NCBI GenBank assembly: GCA_017450325.1
Contig: JAFSVB010000080.1
Coordinates: forward strand, 1 to 49,406
DNA: 49,406 nt
Direction: 5' to 3'
Origin: Bacilli bacterium
GTDB lineage: Bacteria; Bacillota_I; Bacilli_A; RFN20; CAG-826
Numbering within the stretch: the stretch's first letter is position 1; every line of letters begins with the position of its first letter. Made by a program: the position numbers and the translations under genes. Shown piece by piece: positions 28,461 through 38,407 of this stretch. Below the pieces are notes generated by a model that saw only the letters and a list, made by a program, of their open reading frames with translations, made no database searches and was not told the DNA's origin.

Positions 28461-29789
28461 ATGGAACCTGAAACCAGTGGATATTATTTAGGAATTAAAT
28501 TCCAGGGCTCGGAGAAGAGCTATTACTTTTCCTGCCCGAGCAACGATTTCGCCTTAGGCGACCTCGTCATCGTCATGACGGCGGCGGGCATCGAAGCGGG
28601 CATCGTTTCAGCTTTGCCCGTCTCCTTAGCCAAATACACCTCGACTCTTGAGCTTAAGCCGATTCTTCGCAAGGCGGATGAACGCGATATCCGCGATTAT
28701 AAGCGGAACCTCGAAGACGCCAAGCGCGCCATGGCCATCACGCGCAAGGAAGTGGCTGCCCTCAGCCTTTCCATGGACCTCATCGATGCCTATTACACGA
28801 TCGATGGATCCAAAATCACGATTACCTATACCTCCAGCGAAAAGCGCGTCGATTTCCGCGAATTGCTTAAGGTGCTCGCCCCACAGCTTGGCTGCCGCAT
28901 CGAGCTAAGGCAAATCGCGTCGCGCGATAAGGCCAAGATGATCGGCGGCCTTGGAATCTGTGGGCTACCTCTATGCTGCTCGACTTTCCTGACCCAGTTT
29001 GAAGGCATTTCCATCCAGCGCGCCAAGAACCAGATGCTCACGTTGAACATCCCCAAGCTCTCGGGCCCTTGCGGCAAGCTCATCTGCTGCTTAACCTACG
29101 AAGACGAAGCCTATACGGCCGCGAAGAAAGAGTTCCCGCGCATCGGCGAGACCATTAAGCTCGAAGAAGGCGTCTATGCCGTCGATTCATACAACATCCT
29201 CTCGAAGACGATTCGCGTCGCCAACTCCACGCGCAGCGATTACAAAACCTATAGTCTCGAAGACTACCGCGCCATTCAAAACGGCACCTATGTCCGCCGC
29301 GTCGAAATCGTTAAAGCCGAGGAAGCGGAGCTCCCCTCCTTCAATATCAAACCGGCGCGCGAACATAACGAAAATCCCCGCAAACCAGAGCAAAAGAACC
29401 AAAAACAGCAAAGAAATGACGGCAAAAACCGCCCGAACGCTCAAAATAACCCGCAAAACGGCCAGCAAAATAAAAAACCGCAGCAAAAACCCAATAATCG
29501 CAACGGAAATCAGCAGCAGAAAGGGAATAACGAGCAGCGTGGCAACAACCAACCTCGCCCGCAGCATGGTAACCCGAATCGCCGCGACCAGAACGGCCAG
29601 AGGCAAAACAACAACCAGAATCAGCGGCCGAACCCGCAGAAGCCTCCTCGTCAAGCCGACCAGCGCCCCGCAAACGCTGAAGGCCAGCAGAATCAAGAGC
29701 AGCGTCGCAACAACCATAACCATCGCAATCACCACCATCGCCGCGGCAACGGCGGAGGCAACCGCGGAGGAGAGGGCGGCGCCCAATGA
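28461..29789 (+). CDS. ricT: RicT/YaaT (PSP1-domain) protein with long Q/N-rich tail
   Basis: RVDFRELLK, GICGLPLCC, AKNQML, KLSGPCGKLICCL; tmk-holB-yaaT-rsmI synteny. Confidence 0.9.
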   Translation: MEPETSGYYLGIKFQGSEKSYYFSCPSNDFALGDLVIVMTAAGIEAGIVSALPVSLAKYTSTLELKPILRKADERDIRDYKRNLEDAKRAMAITRKEVAALSLSMDLIDAYYTIDGSKITITYTSSEKRVDFRELLKVLAPQLGCRIELRQIASRDKAKMIGGLGICGLPLCCSTFLTQFEGISIQRAKNQMLTLNIPKLSGPCGKLICCLTYEDEAYTAAKKEFPRIGETIKLEEGVYAVDSYNILSKTIRVANSTRSDYKTYSLEDYRAIQNGTYVRRVEIVKAEEAELPSFNIKPAREHNENPRKPEQKNQKQQRNDGKNRPNAQNNPQNGQQNKKPQQKPNNRNGNQQQKGNNEQRGNNQPRPQHGNPNRRDQNGQRQNNNQNQRPNPQKPPRQADQRPANAEGQQNQEQRRNNHNHRNHHHRRGNGGGNRGGEGGAQ

Positions 29790-30649
29790 CTTCGCGCGAG
29801 CTTAACTTCGAGGGCCCTTCCCCCATTCTCTACCTGATCGCCACACCGATCGGCAACCGCTCCGAGATGACCCCGCGCGCCTTGGAAATCCTCAAAGATA
29901 CGGACTACATCGCCGCGGAAGATACGCGCAATTCCGGCCAATTGATGGCCTATTTCGGCATTGATAAGCCTTTTATTTCCTGCCATGAGCATAACGAAGA
30001 AGAAGCGGGCACGCGCATTGTGACGCTCTTGCAGCAAGGCAAGAAGGTCTGCTATATGTCCGACGCGGGCTATCCCTGCTTGTCCGATCCAGGGCAACGC
30101 CTCGTAGCGCGTTGTTTAGACCAAGGGATAAAAGTATCGGTAACTTCCGGCCCTAGCGCCGCCATAAACGCCTTAACATGCTCTGGCCTTAGCTCAACCC
30201 ACTTCCATTTTGAAGGCTTCCTGCCTGCAAAAGAATCCGAGCGCATCGCGCGCCTTAATGCCCTTGCATCCAACGAAGACACTCTCATCTTCTATGAATC
30301 GCCCCACCGCATCTTTAAGACGCTGCTATCCATGGCGGCGACTCTTGGGGATCGCAAGGCCGTCATCGCGCGGGAGCTCACGAAATCCCACGAGGAATTC
30401 ATCCGTGGCACGCTGGCGGAACTATGCCTCCTCCCCGAGGAATCCCTTCGCGGCGAGATGGTGATTGTCATCGAGGGCGCCTCCAAAAAGAAAGCCGTCC
30501 TCTCCGATACGGAAATCGCCCTAGCGCTTCGCGAGGAATTCGATTGGGGACGGACGCCAAAAGAAGCCATTAAAAACGTCTCCGCGAATAACGGGTTGCC
30601 TAAGAATAAGGTATACGAAGTCTATTTAGAGAACTTCAAGCGCGACTAG
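29786..30649 (+). CDS. rsmI: 16S rRNA C1402 2'-O-methyltransferase
   Basis: LYLIATPIGN, AAEDTR, SDAGYP, FYESPHR, RELTKSHEE. Confidence 0.96.
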   Translation: MTSRELNFEGPSPILYLIATPIGNRSEMTPRALEILKDTDYIAAEDTRNSGQLMAYFGIDKPFISCHEHNEEEAGTRIVTLLQQGKKVCYMSDAGYPCLSDPGQRLVARCLDQGIKVSVTSGPSAAINALTCSGLSSTHFHFEGFLPAKESERIARLNALASNEDTLIFYESPHRIFKTLLSMAATLGDRKAVIARELTKSHEEFIRGTLAELCLLPEESLRGEMVIVIEGASKKKAVLSDTEIALALREEFDWGRTPKEAIKNVSANNGLPKNKVYEVYLENFKRD

Positions 30650-33600
30650 GATCGATCTCGGTCGCGTTTTTCTTTTTGCGGATGGCCAAAGCAAATCCTA
30701 GGGACGCATAACCGACATAGAGGACGACGCCTAATGTCCATAAGCCAACGCCTGCAAGGCCAAAGGGCGTCACGTAACGAAGCTCATAGGAAATCGTCTG
30801 CGCCTTCCCGTTTTCGTCGAGCGAGGCGGGCGCGATAAATCCGACAAGACCGCCGCTAAGCTTGAGCATCGTGCAGTCTTTCTTCTTGCCGTCTGGCATC
30901 TTCGCGGTCGCTTTCCAGCCCTTATCGAAGCCAAGCTGCGTCAATACGATGCGTTCTTGGTCATAGGCCGTCTGGAAGCGGAAAAGATTGACGCCCGTCT
31001 CGACGTTTTGCAGCGAGTCCGACTTCCTTTGCCGTTCTTCCTGCTCGATTTTTGAGCGTTCCGTGACCGTCAGGTACATGTTGCGCGTATTGACGGATGC
31101 CGCCTCCGCTTGCGAGGAGCCGTAGCAAAGAACGACGTATTTGACCAAGCCGTCCGCGTAAAGGCCATAGGTGCAGGACCCCCAGTTGTATTTATCCGCC
31201 CTCGCGGCGTTTTGGAGCAAATGGTGGTCGAAAGACAAGGCGACATTCTCTTCGACGATATGGCCTTCGTCATCTACGCGGTCGCCGATGACGTAAACCC
31301 TCGGCGCACCGACGTTGCGATTGTTATAGGACGTCGGGGCATAGAAGCGCATTTCGAGATAGCATCCGCGAGGGTCTTCGTTGAGATAAGTGCCTGTGCT
31401 GCTTCTAAAGCAGAGTTTTCCATAATCGAGCTTCATCAAGAAGTTGCCCGTCTTCTCCACCGGTCCAAGGACGTGGTGATTGAGGAAATAGCCGAGGCCT
31501 TCCGAATAATAATCCGCCCGCGTATCGCCGAAGATCTGGTCATACCATGGCTTTTCCGTCGTCGATCCTTCGGGAATATAGGAACTCCTAGTCTCATAGT
31601 ATTCGGCTTTTAGGCCGTTCCCGTCGTATAGGCGTTTAATGCCCGTGTTCGCATAAAGAAGGCTGTCGCCCGTGACATATGGGGTTTGGGCTTGGATCTG
31701 AATCGATTCGGGCAAGGTTGCGTCATCCTCCACAATTGCGCCGTGGAGCTCGGTATATTGGGCGAATTGTAGCTGGTCAAAAGAGGCGGTATCGCCATGG
31801 TTGCCGAAGAAGGAGGTCGCATAATTGCTGCCTTCTTTATGGCCGATGCGGTAGATGCGCTCTGAATCGGAAGGGATGGCAAAGCCGAGCTGTGGCAAGG
31901 AGTCCTCGCTGCGGCGATAGACGCGGTAATAATCGCGATTGGTCGTGGCTTCCGTTAACTCCTCGCAACCAAACGGAACGTTCGCGGGGAGGAAGACGGA
32001 CGAACCGTCGGGATTTTTCCAGTTGAAGTAATTATTCTCGACGACGTAATAGCGCATCCCAAGAACCGTGTCCGTCGCATAGCGCTTATGTTTGTATAAG
32101 CCTGACCAACTAGGGTTATAGAATTGTTCCTCGTCATAGGTCGTACCCGTATCACCGACGTGCTTAATGTGGTGCATCAAGGCGAAATCCTCGACGTCGA
32201 AGTTCATCAGCGAGTGGAACTGCGCCGCCCCGTTTAATCCAAGGACGTTATGGCCATAGTTATCTCCGCGGGTCGAATCCATGTGGACGCGATAAAACGA
32301 GTGGTCTCCGGACTTGATGTTGTCCGCGATTCTTTGCGACGTCTGGAGGGTTCCTTGGCCGCCCATAAAGCTATATTGATACGACCAGACGCCGTTGAAG
32401 ACATAGGAGAGGTTGCCCATGACGACCGATTCCACGGCGACGAGGCCAAACAAAGCGAATTTCGTCCACTTCTTGCGGTGCCCGATGCAAAGCAATAGGC
32501 CTTCCATGACGACGAATACCAGCTGGTAATAGAAATACCAGGCGGTCGTGACATGGTTATAGACTTCGCTCGCGGTATGGTAGGTGGTCTGCCAGTAGGT
32601 CGTCCCGTTGACGTTGTAGGTGGCGCGCGTGAATTCTTTCCCCGCGAGGGTCGCTTCGATAAAGTAGAAGGTGAAGATGGTCATCCCCAAGGCGATCACC
32701 GTCGAGGCAAAGGGAATGAACTTAGGCTCTTCCTTCCGCTGGTCGAAGGCCCAGCAGCAGTAATAGACGATCAGGGGCACCAAGACGATGAACCAGCGGC
32801 CATACCCGTTGCCCGTGAATGCGTAAAAGAAGAAATAACAGAAGTTCGTGAAGACGGCGAAGACGCCAAGAAGGACAGCGGCAAGATGGTTCCATTTCTG
32901 CAAACGGATGGAGTTCATCAAGGCCGCGAAAAACAAAATGACGCAGGGCGTGTAGCAAAATAACGAAGAAGTCCAAGCGTCGTAGCCGTTGCTTCGGGCG
33001 AGTGGGAGCTGCGTCCATCCGCCCGTTGGGAAGAAGAAGGAAATGAGGCCCATGAGCTCGCGGCCAGGGTTATCGCCGACCTCCTCGAAGACGAGGGTGA
33101 AGAGCCTACGGGCGTCGATAGCCTTGATGGCTTCGCGAATGGATTTGAAATAGGCGGCGCCGATGGAAGCGGAACGGCCGGACAGCAGCGATTCGCGAAC
33201 GGATGGAATCAGCGAGAAAGCCGAGAACATCAGCCCCATCGCAAAACCCGCGACGCCAAGGATCATGACCTTGACGTTGGTCTTGCCATCGCGCGTTTTA
33301 ATCGTCAAGAAAAAACGCCAAACCGCATAAATGACGCCGAAAATGCATAAAACGGGCACGAAGAAGAAGCAGGAAACGCCGATGCCAGCGACCCCGAGAA
33401 TCAAGAAGGTCGGCTTTTGCTCGCGGATGGTCTTTTCAATGCCCCATAAGATAAGCGGGAGCATGCCGATCGGGGTCAAATATGTCGGGAAGCCTTCAAA
33501 GAAAGTCGTAAAGCCCGAAAATGCGTAGATAAGGCCGCCGAGCCTCGCCGTCCACTCACGGATGCCCATGTATTTCAAATAGCCACGCATCATGAGCCCC

Positions 33601-34040
33601 GCAAACGTGAGCTTTGCAAAGGTCATCAAGGCGTACATCTGGGGAATCCAAGCTCTTGGGGCGAGGTAACAGATGAACATAAACGGATCCATGAGGCCGT
33701 AGTAGGACCCAGAACCGACCATGTCCGTCCCAAGGAACGTCGACGCGTCATAAAGCGGGAAATGCCCCGTTACGAAGAACGTATGCCAAGCATCCCAATA
33801 CGTGTATGCAAAGGGGATATACTGCCAAGTGTAATCCCAGTTTAGAAGCTGAGTGCCGTCGTTGGTGAAAAACGGGAAACCTGCCCAAAGCATACCGAGG
33901 AAGAAAAGGAAAATCCCATAGTAAAGCAGGCTGTCCCAGCGTAGGAGAAAGGGCAGGTGCCGACCGAGCCAATCACGGACGGGAGTCGGTTTCTTCCGTT
34001 CAGAAATCTTTGTATTTTCAACCGTTTTCTCTGCAAACAT
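30636..34040 (-). CDS. YfhO-family (GT-C-like) membrane glycosyltransferase
   Basis: DYTWQYIPF early loop, ~12 TM, large extracytoplasmic domain, FDKGWKA near the C-terminus, terminal TM. Confidence 0.8.
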   Translation of the reverse strand: MFAEKTVENTKISERKKPTPVRDWLGRHLPFLLRWDSLLYYGIFLFFLGMLWAGFPFFTNDGTQLLNWDYTWQYIPFAYTYWDAWHTFFVTGHFPLYDASTFLGTDMVGSGSYYGLMDPFMFICYLAPRAWIPQMYALMTFAKLTFAGLMMRGYLKYMGIREWTARLGGLIYAFSGFTTFFEGFPTYLTPIGMLPLILWGIEKTIREQKPTFLILGVAGIGVSCFFFVPVLCIFGVIYAVWRFFLTIKTRDGKTNVKVMILGVAGFAMGLMFSAFSLIPSVRESLLSGRSASIGAAYFKSIREAIKAIDARRLFTLVFEEVGDNPGRELMGLISFFFPTGGWTQLPLARSNGYDAWTSSLFCYTPCVILFFAALMNSIRLQKWNHLAAVLLGVFAVFTNFCYFFFYAFTGNGYGRWFIVLVPLIVYYCCWAFDQRKEEPKFIPFASTVIALGMTIFTFYFIEATLAGKEFTRATYNVNGTTYWQTTYHTASEVYNHVTTAWYFYYQLVFVVMEGLLLCIGHRKKWTKFALFGLVAVESVVMGNLSYVFNGVWSYQYSFMGGQGTLQTSQRIADNIKSGDHSFYRVHMDSTRGDNYGHNVLGLNGAAQFHSLMNFDVEDFALMHHIKHVGDTGTTYDEEQFYNPSWSGLYKHKRYATDTVLGMRYYVVENNYFNWKNPDGSSVFLPANVPFGCEELTEATTNRDYYRVYRRSEDSLPQLGFAIPSDSERIYRIGHKEGSNYATSFFGNHGDTASFDQLQFAQYTELHGAIVEDDATLPESIQIQAQTPYVTGDSLLYANTGIKRLYDGNGLKAEYYETRSSYIPEGSTTEKPWYDQIFGDTRADYYSEGLGYFLNHHVLGPVEKTGNFLMKLDYGKLCFRSSTGTYLNEDPRGCYLEMRFYAPTSYNNRNVGAPRVYVIGDRVDDEGHIVEENVALSFDHHLLQNAARADKYNWGSCTYGLYADGLVKYVVLCYGSSQAEAASVNTRNMYLTVTERSKIEQEERQRKSDSLQNVETGVNLFRFQTAYDQERIVLTQLGFDKGWKATAKMPDGKKKDCTMLKLSGGLVGFIAPASLDENGKAQTISYELRYVTPFGLAGVGLWTLGVVLYVGYASLGFALAIRKKKNATEIDPSRA

Positions 34041-34043
34041 CCA

Positions 34044-34382
34044 TTATTTTCCTTGTTTTCCGTCCCCTGATGGAGCGGCGAGACCGACGACGTCACTGAC
34101 AGGAAGCGAGAAGGCGATGCCCATGCCTGCCGTGGACATACCCGCGCCTTCGTTGATGGATTCCATGACTTTATCGCGAATCGCCCGCGGAACCAAAATA
34201 AGAGCGACGTCCTTCTCGGGCGTCACGACGACGCCGAAGAATTCTTCGATTTCCTTGTTGCCCGTACCGCGCGCGGAGAAGATCGTGCCACCTGTAGCGC
34301 CTGCTCGTTTCGCGGATTCCACGACGAGGTCCGTATAGCCATGGTTCACGATACAGATAATGCATTCGTAGTTGTTATTCAT
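34044..34382 (-). CDS. PII-like (GlnB superfamily) protein
   Basis: AGATGGTIFSARGTG, PEKD, GMGIAFSLPV. Confidence 0.88.
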   Translation of the reverse strand: MNNNYECIICIVNHGYTDLVVESAKRAGATGGTIFSARGTGNKEIEEFFGVVVTPEKDVALILVPRAIRDKVMESINEGAGMSTAGMGIAFSLPVSDVVGLAAPSGDGKQGK

Positions 34383-34797
34383 GTTTCTTCCCCTTTTTCT
34401 TTGTGACGGACGTCGGCTTCTCGAACACTCTCGTATTGCTCAGCATTTTGTAAATGGAAACGCCAGCGACAGAATCCAGCGGTATCGCGTAGGCGATTCC
34501 CTTGGCCATCTTCGAAATCGCAAAGCGCTCGGCGAGCTTTTCGCGGTAGGAAGGCCAGCGGTCGGCGCGCAGGATCGAGAAGACGATTTCCTTCTTCGTC
34601 GGAGCGCGGAGATTTAGAAGCGCTTCTTTCGGAGCGGTTCCTTTGCCGTGGCAAACGAAGCAGATCGCGCACTCTTCCTCGCGGTTTAGGTTGATGATGG
34701 CCTCCGACTGATTTTCGTTCACGACCGTCGTCACGAAGAGCAACGGCCTCAAACGGTGCGTCGATTCGTAGGGCACGTAATTTTTGCTGTCACTCAT
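34375..34797 (-). CDS. Divergent PII-like protein
   Basis: HGKGTA...KKEIVFSIL...KGIAYAIPL correspond to PII-like motifs. Confidence 0.7.
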   Translation of the reverse strand: MSDSKNYVPYESTHRLRPLLFVTTVVNENQSEAIINLNREEECAICFVCHGKGTAPKEALLNLRAPTKKEIVFSILRADRWPSYREKLAERFAISKMAKGIAYAIPLDSVAGVSIYKMLSNTRVFEKPTSVTKKKGKKHE

Positions 34798-36392
34798 AGC
34801 TCACCCTCCGAAAGCTTCGCGATGTCGAAATGGATAATCTGGTCATCGTTATCCTCAATGATACGCTTGCGGGCTCTAGCCAAGGCAATGCGAGATTGCA
34901 CCTTGGATTGAAGACCGAGGGCCTGGATAACGATAATCGGCATCATCGCGACGACCGCGACGAGGCCAAAGCCGTAGGAATAAACGTCCGCTCCGCAAGA
35001 AAGCGCGAAGCCGATGCAGAAAGGCAATACGAACGTCGAGGTCATTGGACCGGAAGCGACGCCGCCGGAATCAAACGCCATGGCCGTATAGATTTTCGGC
35101 ACGAGGAACGAGAGGACGAAGGCGATGATATAGCCGGGGATGATGTAATACTCTAACCCGAAGCGGAAATGGCAGCGCAGGACAGAAAGGGCGACGGCGA
35201 CGCCATTAGCAAGCGCGAGCATCGCCAAAACGTTCACTTTGCGGATGCGGCCATCGGAGACCTGCTCCATCTGTGATACCAAGACGTGGACGGCGGGCTC
35301 GGCTAAGACGCCAAAGACGCCAAATAACGCACCGATACCGACGGCAACATAATGCATGACATCGGAAGTCCCAAGCATCAATCCGACCGTTTGAGCGATG
35401 GGCAGGAAGCCCCACTCGACGGCCGCTAAGAAGAGCACAAGGCCTGCATAGGTGATGATCATGCCGATGATGATGCGAATCAAATCCTTGACGGCGATGC
35501 GGATGAAGATCAGCTCGTAAACAATGAAGAAAACCAAGATGGGCACAACCGAAAGGGCGACGGAGCCCATCGTTCCAATGCTGTCGCGCAGCAGCCCTTC
35601 CCAAATGGACGAAAGGCTGGTTGCTTCGTTTGGATAGACGGAGGGAAGCCCTTTGCCTGAGGCTTTTAGAACCAGCGAAATGATGACCACGGCGAGAATG
35701 GGTCCAATGGAGCATAACGCCGTCAAACCGAAGGAATCTTCGGAGTTCTTACCGCCGCGGTTCGCGGCCATGCCAAGGCCAAAGCCGAGCAAGAACGGCA
35801 CCGTCACTGGCCCCGTCGTCACGCCGCCGGAATCAAAGCAGATCGGCAGGAAGCGCGGGTCGATAAAATATAGAAGGGCAAAGCAGAGCCCGTAGAAAGC
35901 CAAGAACATGACGTTGAGGCTTTGATGGAGCGTCGTGCGGATGACGCCGACGACCAAAAATAAGCCAACGCCAATACCGATGGTCCAGATAATAATCTGC
36001 GGATTGATGCCGATTTGGCCGGAAAGGACGCTTAGATCCGGTTCGGCAATCGTCACGAGAACGCCGATGATGAACGTCATTACGATGACGAAAAAGAACT
36101 TGTTCTTCTTAACCAACGAGCCGCCGATGATGCGACCGATTTCGGTCATGGACTGCTCTGTTCCAAGATTGAATAGCGCCATCCCGACCACGATCATCCC
36201 CACGGCGACCGCGAAGGAGATCATTTGATCGTTGCTTAGCGCATAGATATCGCCGGCGGCATTCTGGAATTGGTCGGCAGGCAAGGCAAAGCGGGTGACA
36301 AGAAAGAAGACGACGATCACGAATGCGATCGGCGCCGCGGAGAAGAGGGATTCCCTGAGTTTATCGAGCCATTCTCTTCCGTCTGGGATCAT
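34794..36392 (-). CDS. DUF1538 tandem-domain membrane protein (putative transporter)
   Basis: Two repeats: AEPDL...DSGGVTTGPVTVPF and AEPAV...DSGGVASGPMTSTF. Confidence 0.87.
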   Translation of the reverse strand: MIPDGREWLDKLRESLFSAAPIAFVIVVFFLVTRFALPADQFQNAAGDIYALSNDQMISFAVAVGMIVVGMALFNLGTEQSMTEIGRIIGGSLVKKNKFFFVIVMTFIIGVLVTIAEPDLSVLSGQIGINPQIIIWTIGIGVGLFLVVGVIRTTLHQSLNVMFLAFYGLCFALLYFIDPRFLPICFDSGGVTTGPVTVPFLLGFGLGMAANRGGKNSEDSFGLTALCSIGPILAVVIISLVLKASGKGLPSVYPNEATSLSSIWEGLLRDSIGTMGSVALSVVPILVFFIVYELIFIRIAVKDLIRIIIGMIITYAGLVLFLAAVEWGFLPIAQTVGLMLGTSDVMHYVAVGIGALFGVFGVLAEPAVHVLVSQMEQVSDGRIRKVNVLAMLALANGVAVALSVLRCHFRFGLEYYIIPGYIIAFVLSFLVPKIYTAMAFDSGGVASGPMTSTFVLPFCIGFALSCGADVYSYGFGLVAVVAMMPIIVIQALGLQSKVQSRIALARARKRIIEDNDDQIIHFDIAKLSEGEL

Positions 36393-37453
36393 CGATGCCC
36401 TCCTTTCCTGGGTTTGCTGCCGGTTCTAACGTTCCGCTTTTTGGCTATTCTAGACCCTTCTTCCTCTTTGAGGAATGGCTTGCGGGATTTCGAAGCGCTT
36501 TCTTTTGCTTCTTCTCTTTTTTGGGCATGGGTCTTGAAGAAAAGCGATTTGAAAGAATCGGGCATCGGGGTGATGAAATCGTACCGCTTGCCGCTAAGAG
36601 GGTTCGTAAAGGTCAGCTGATAGGCATGGAGCCCAAGGCGCTTCAGGGGGTCGGCGGGTTCACCGTATTTATCGTCGCCGATAACATGATGGCCGCGCGA
36701 ACCGAGTTGGACGCGAATCTGGTTCTTTCGCCCTGAGGAGATATGGACATCTAGCAGCGAATAGGGCTCCTTGTAGGAGATGACTTTATAGGCCGTCGTG
36801 GAGAGCTTTCCCTCTTTTTTGTTTTTCGTTACGAAAACCAAATGAAGCTCGTTTTGCATCAAATAATCCTGCAAAACCGCCTCATCTTGTTCCATTTTCC
36901 CTTCGACAATCGCGTAATAGGCACGGGTTTCCACCGCTTCTTGCCAATGGTTTTGAAGAGCTTCGCGCACCTCGTATTTCTTCGCGAATACCAAGACGCC
37001 AGAAGTGTCTTCGTCTAAACGATGGACGACGTAGATGCGCGCTTTGGGGTTGAAGGAAGCGACATAATCGGAAATCAGTCGATAAGCCGTCTTTCCCTTT
37101 TCACGCTCGGTGGCGACGGAAAGCAGACCAGAAGGCTTGTTGATCGCGATGATGTCCTCGTCCTCATAGAGAATGGGCAAATCTTTCCGCTCGTGCTTGG
37201 CGATGCGGTTTTTAGAAACGGTGACGACGTCTTCGGGCACGAGGGGATAGTTGTATTGGGAAACGGGCACGCCGCCGACGGCGACTTGATGATGGGTGAG
37301 CAAAGACTTGATGGTCTTGCGGGGAGTGTCCGGCATCTTGAACATCAAAAACTCCATCAAGGTCGTCTCGCGGTATACCTCGAATTCCTTGATGCTGCGC
37401 GGATCGACGAGCCCCTTGTTCGGCGATGTTTTCTTTTTGTCGTTCTTATTCAT
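36389..37453 (-). CDS. RluA-family pseudouridine synthase
   Basis: NKPSGL, VHRLDEDTSG, GRKNQIRV, GDDKYG, LHA. Confidence 0.93.
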   Translation of the reverse strand: MNKNDKKKTSPNKGLVDPRSIKEFEVYRETTLMEFLMFKMPDTPRKTIKSLLTHHQVAVGGVPVSQYNYPLVPEDVVTVSKNRIAKHERKDLPILYEDEDIIAINKPSGLLSVATEREKGKTAYRLISDYVASFNPKARIYVVHRLDEDTSGVLVFAKKYEVREALQNHWQEAVETRAYYAIVEGKMEQDEAVLQDYLMQNELHLVFVTKNKKEGKLSTTAYKVISYKEPYSLLDVHISSGRKNQIRVQLGSRGHHVIGDDKYGEPADPLKRLGLHAYQLTFTNPLSGKRYDFITPMPDSFKSLFFKTHAQKREEAKESASKSRKPFLKEEEGSRIAKKRNVRTGSKPRKGGHR

Positions 37454-38327
37454 AAGTCGCTCCTAAAAAGGAAAGCATCGCGGATAGCTCTCTTTCCATG
37501 ATTTCGCGCCCCTTATCGTAAAGGGCGAGCAAGCGGTCCTTGTCCTTTTCGATAATGCCGACCGCAGGCGGCTCATCCGGGCGAATAATAAAGGCCGTCC
37601 CTTCTTCGAAAAGCTTTTCCATCTCGTCCATGTCTTTGTTGTAGGTCTCCGCGGAGACGCGGTAGGCGGCGTGGAACTTCGGGCAACGATGGTAGAGCAT
37701 CCGAGCGAGGATTCTCTTACCTTTCCCGACGGTCTTCTTTCGATAACCTTTGGGTCTAGTTTGGACGATGACGATTTTGGAGATGCCGTCTTCGAGCGGT
37801 TTCCGAAAAGGCGTGGCGTCCACGACGCCGCCATCGAGGTATTTTCTTCCCTCGACATCAACGGGACGAGAGATCAGAGGGAGAGAAGAGGAGGCGGCAA
37901 GCGCTTTGTAGAACTCCTTGCACTGCCCTTTCTTGAAATAGGTGGCCGTCCCTTCTTTGATATCGGTCGTCGCGCAGAGAAACTCGATGGATGAAGAGTT
38001 ATAACGGCCGGTATTAAAGGGGTATTTTGCCTTGGGGACAGTATGGAAAAGATAAGTGAAATTAAACGCGGTCCCGCGGAAGATCACATTGCCAAAGGAA
38101 ACGAATTTCGGGTCGTGCATGAGCTCCGTGGTAACGTATTTGCTTCGCCCCACGTCTCCCGAGACATAATTCACGGCGTTTAATGCGCCGGCGGAAGTGC
38201 CGATGACATAAGGGAAAAAGACACCGTGCTCCATCAGCACGTCAAGCACGCCGGCGGTAAAAGCGCCGCGGCTTCCCCCGCCTTGCAGGACCAGAGCAGA
38301 ATCTAAAGGTAAACGCGTCTTTCTCAT
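37446..38327 (-). CDS. Patatin-like phospholipase
   Basis: QGGGSRG, GTSAG, DGG. Confidence 0.92.
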   Translation of the reverse strand: MRKTRLPLDSALVLQGGGSRGAFTAGVLDVLMEHGVFFPYVIGTSAGALNAVNYVSGDVGRSKYVTTELMHDPKFVSFGNVIFRGTAFNFTYLFHTVPKAKYPFNTGRYNSSSIEFLCATTDIKEGTATYFKKGQCKEFYKALAASSSLPLISRPVDVEGRKYLDGGVVDATPFRKPLEDGISKIVIVQTRPKGYRKKTVGKGKRILARMLYHRCPKFHAAYRVSAETYNKDMDEMEKLFEEGTAFIIRPDEPPAVGIIEKDKDRLLALYDKGREIMERELSAMLSFLGATYE

Positions 38328-38407
38328 TACTATGTAATGGTATCTTCCTTGATAGAAAACCTCAAAACAATTCCGCTAAAAGCGGACATTTGCAATTCGA
38401 TAGACGT

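Noticed and set aside
29176-29826. Alternative-frame and antisense ORFs over the ricT tail
   Set aside because: By-products of low-complexity sequence lacking stop codons.
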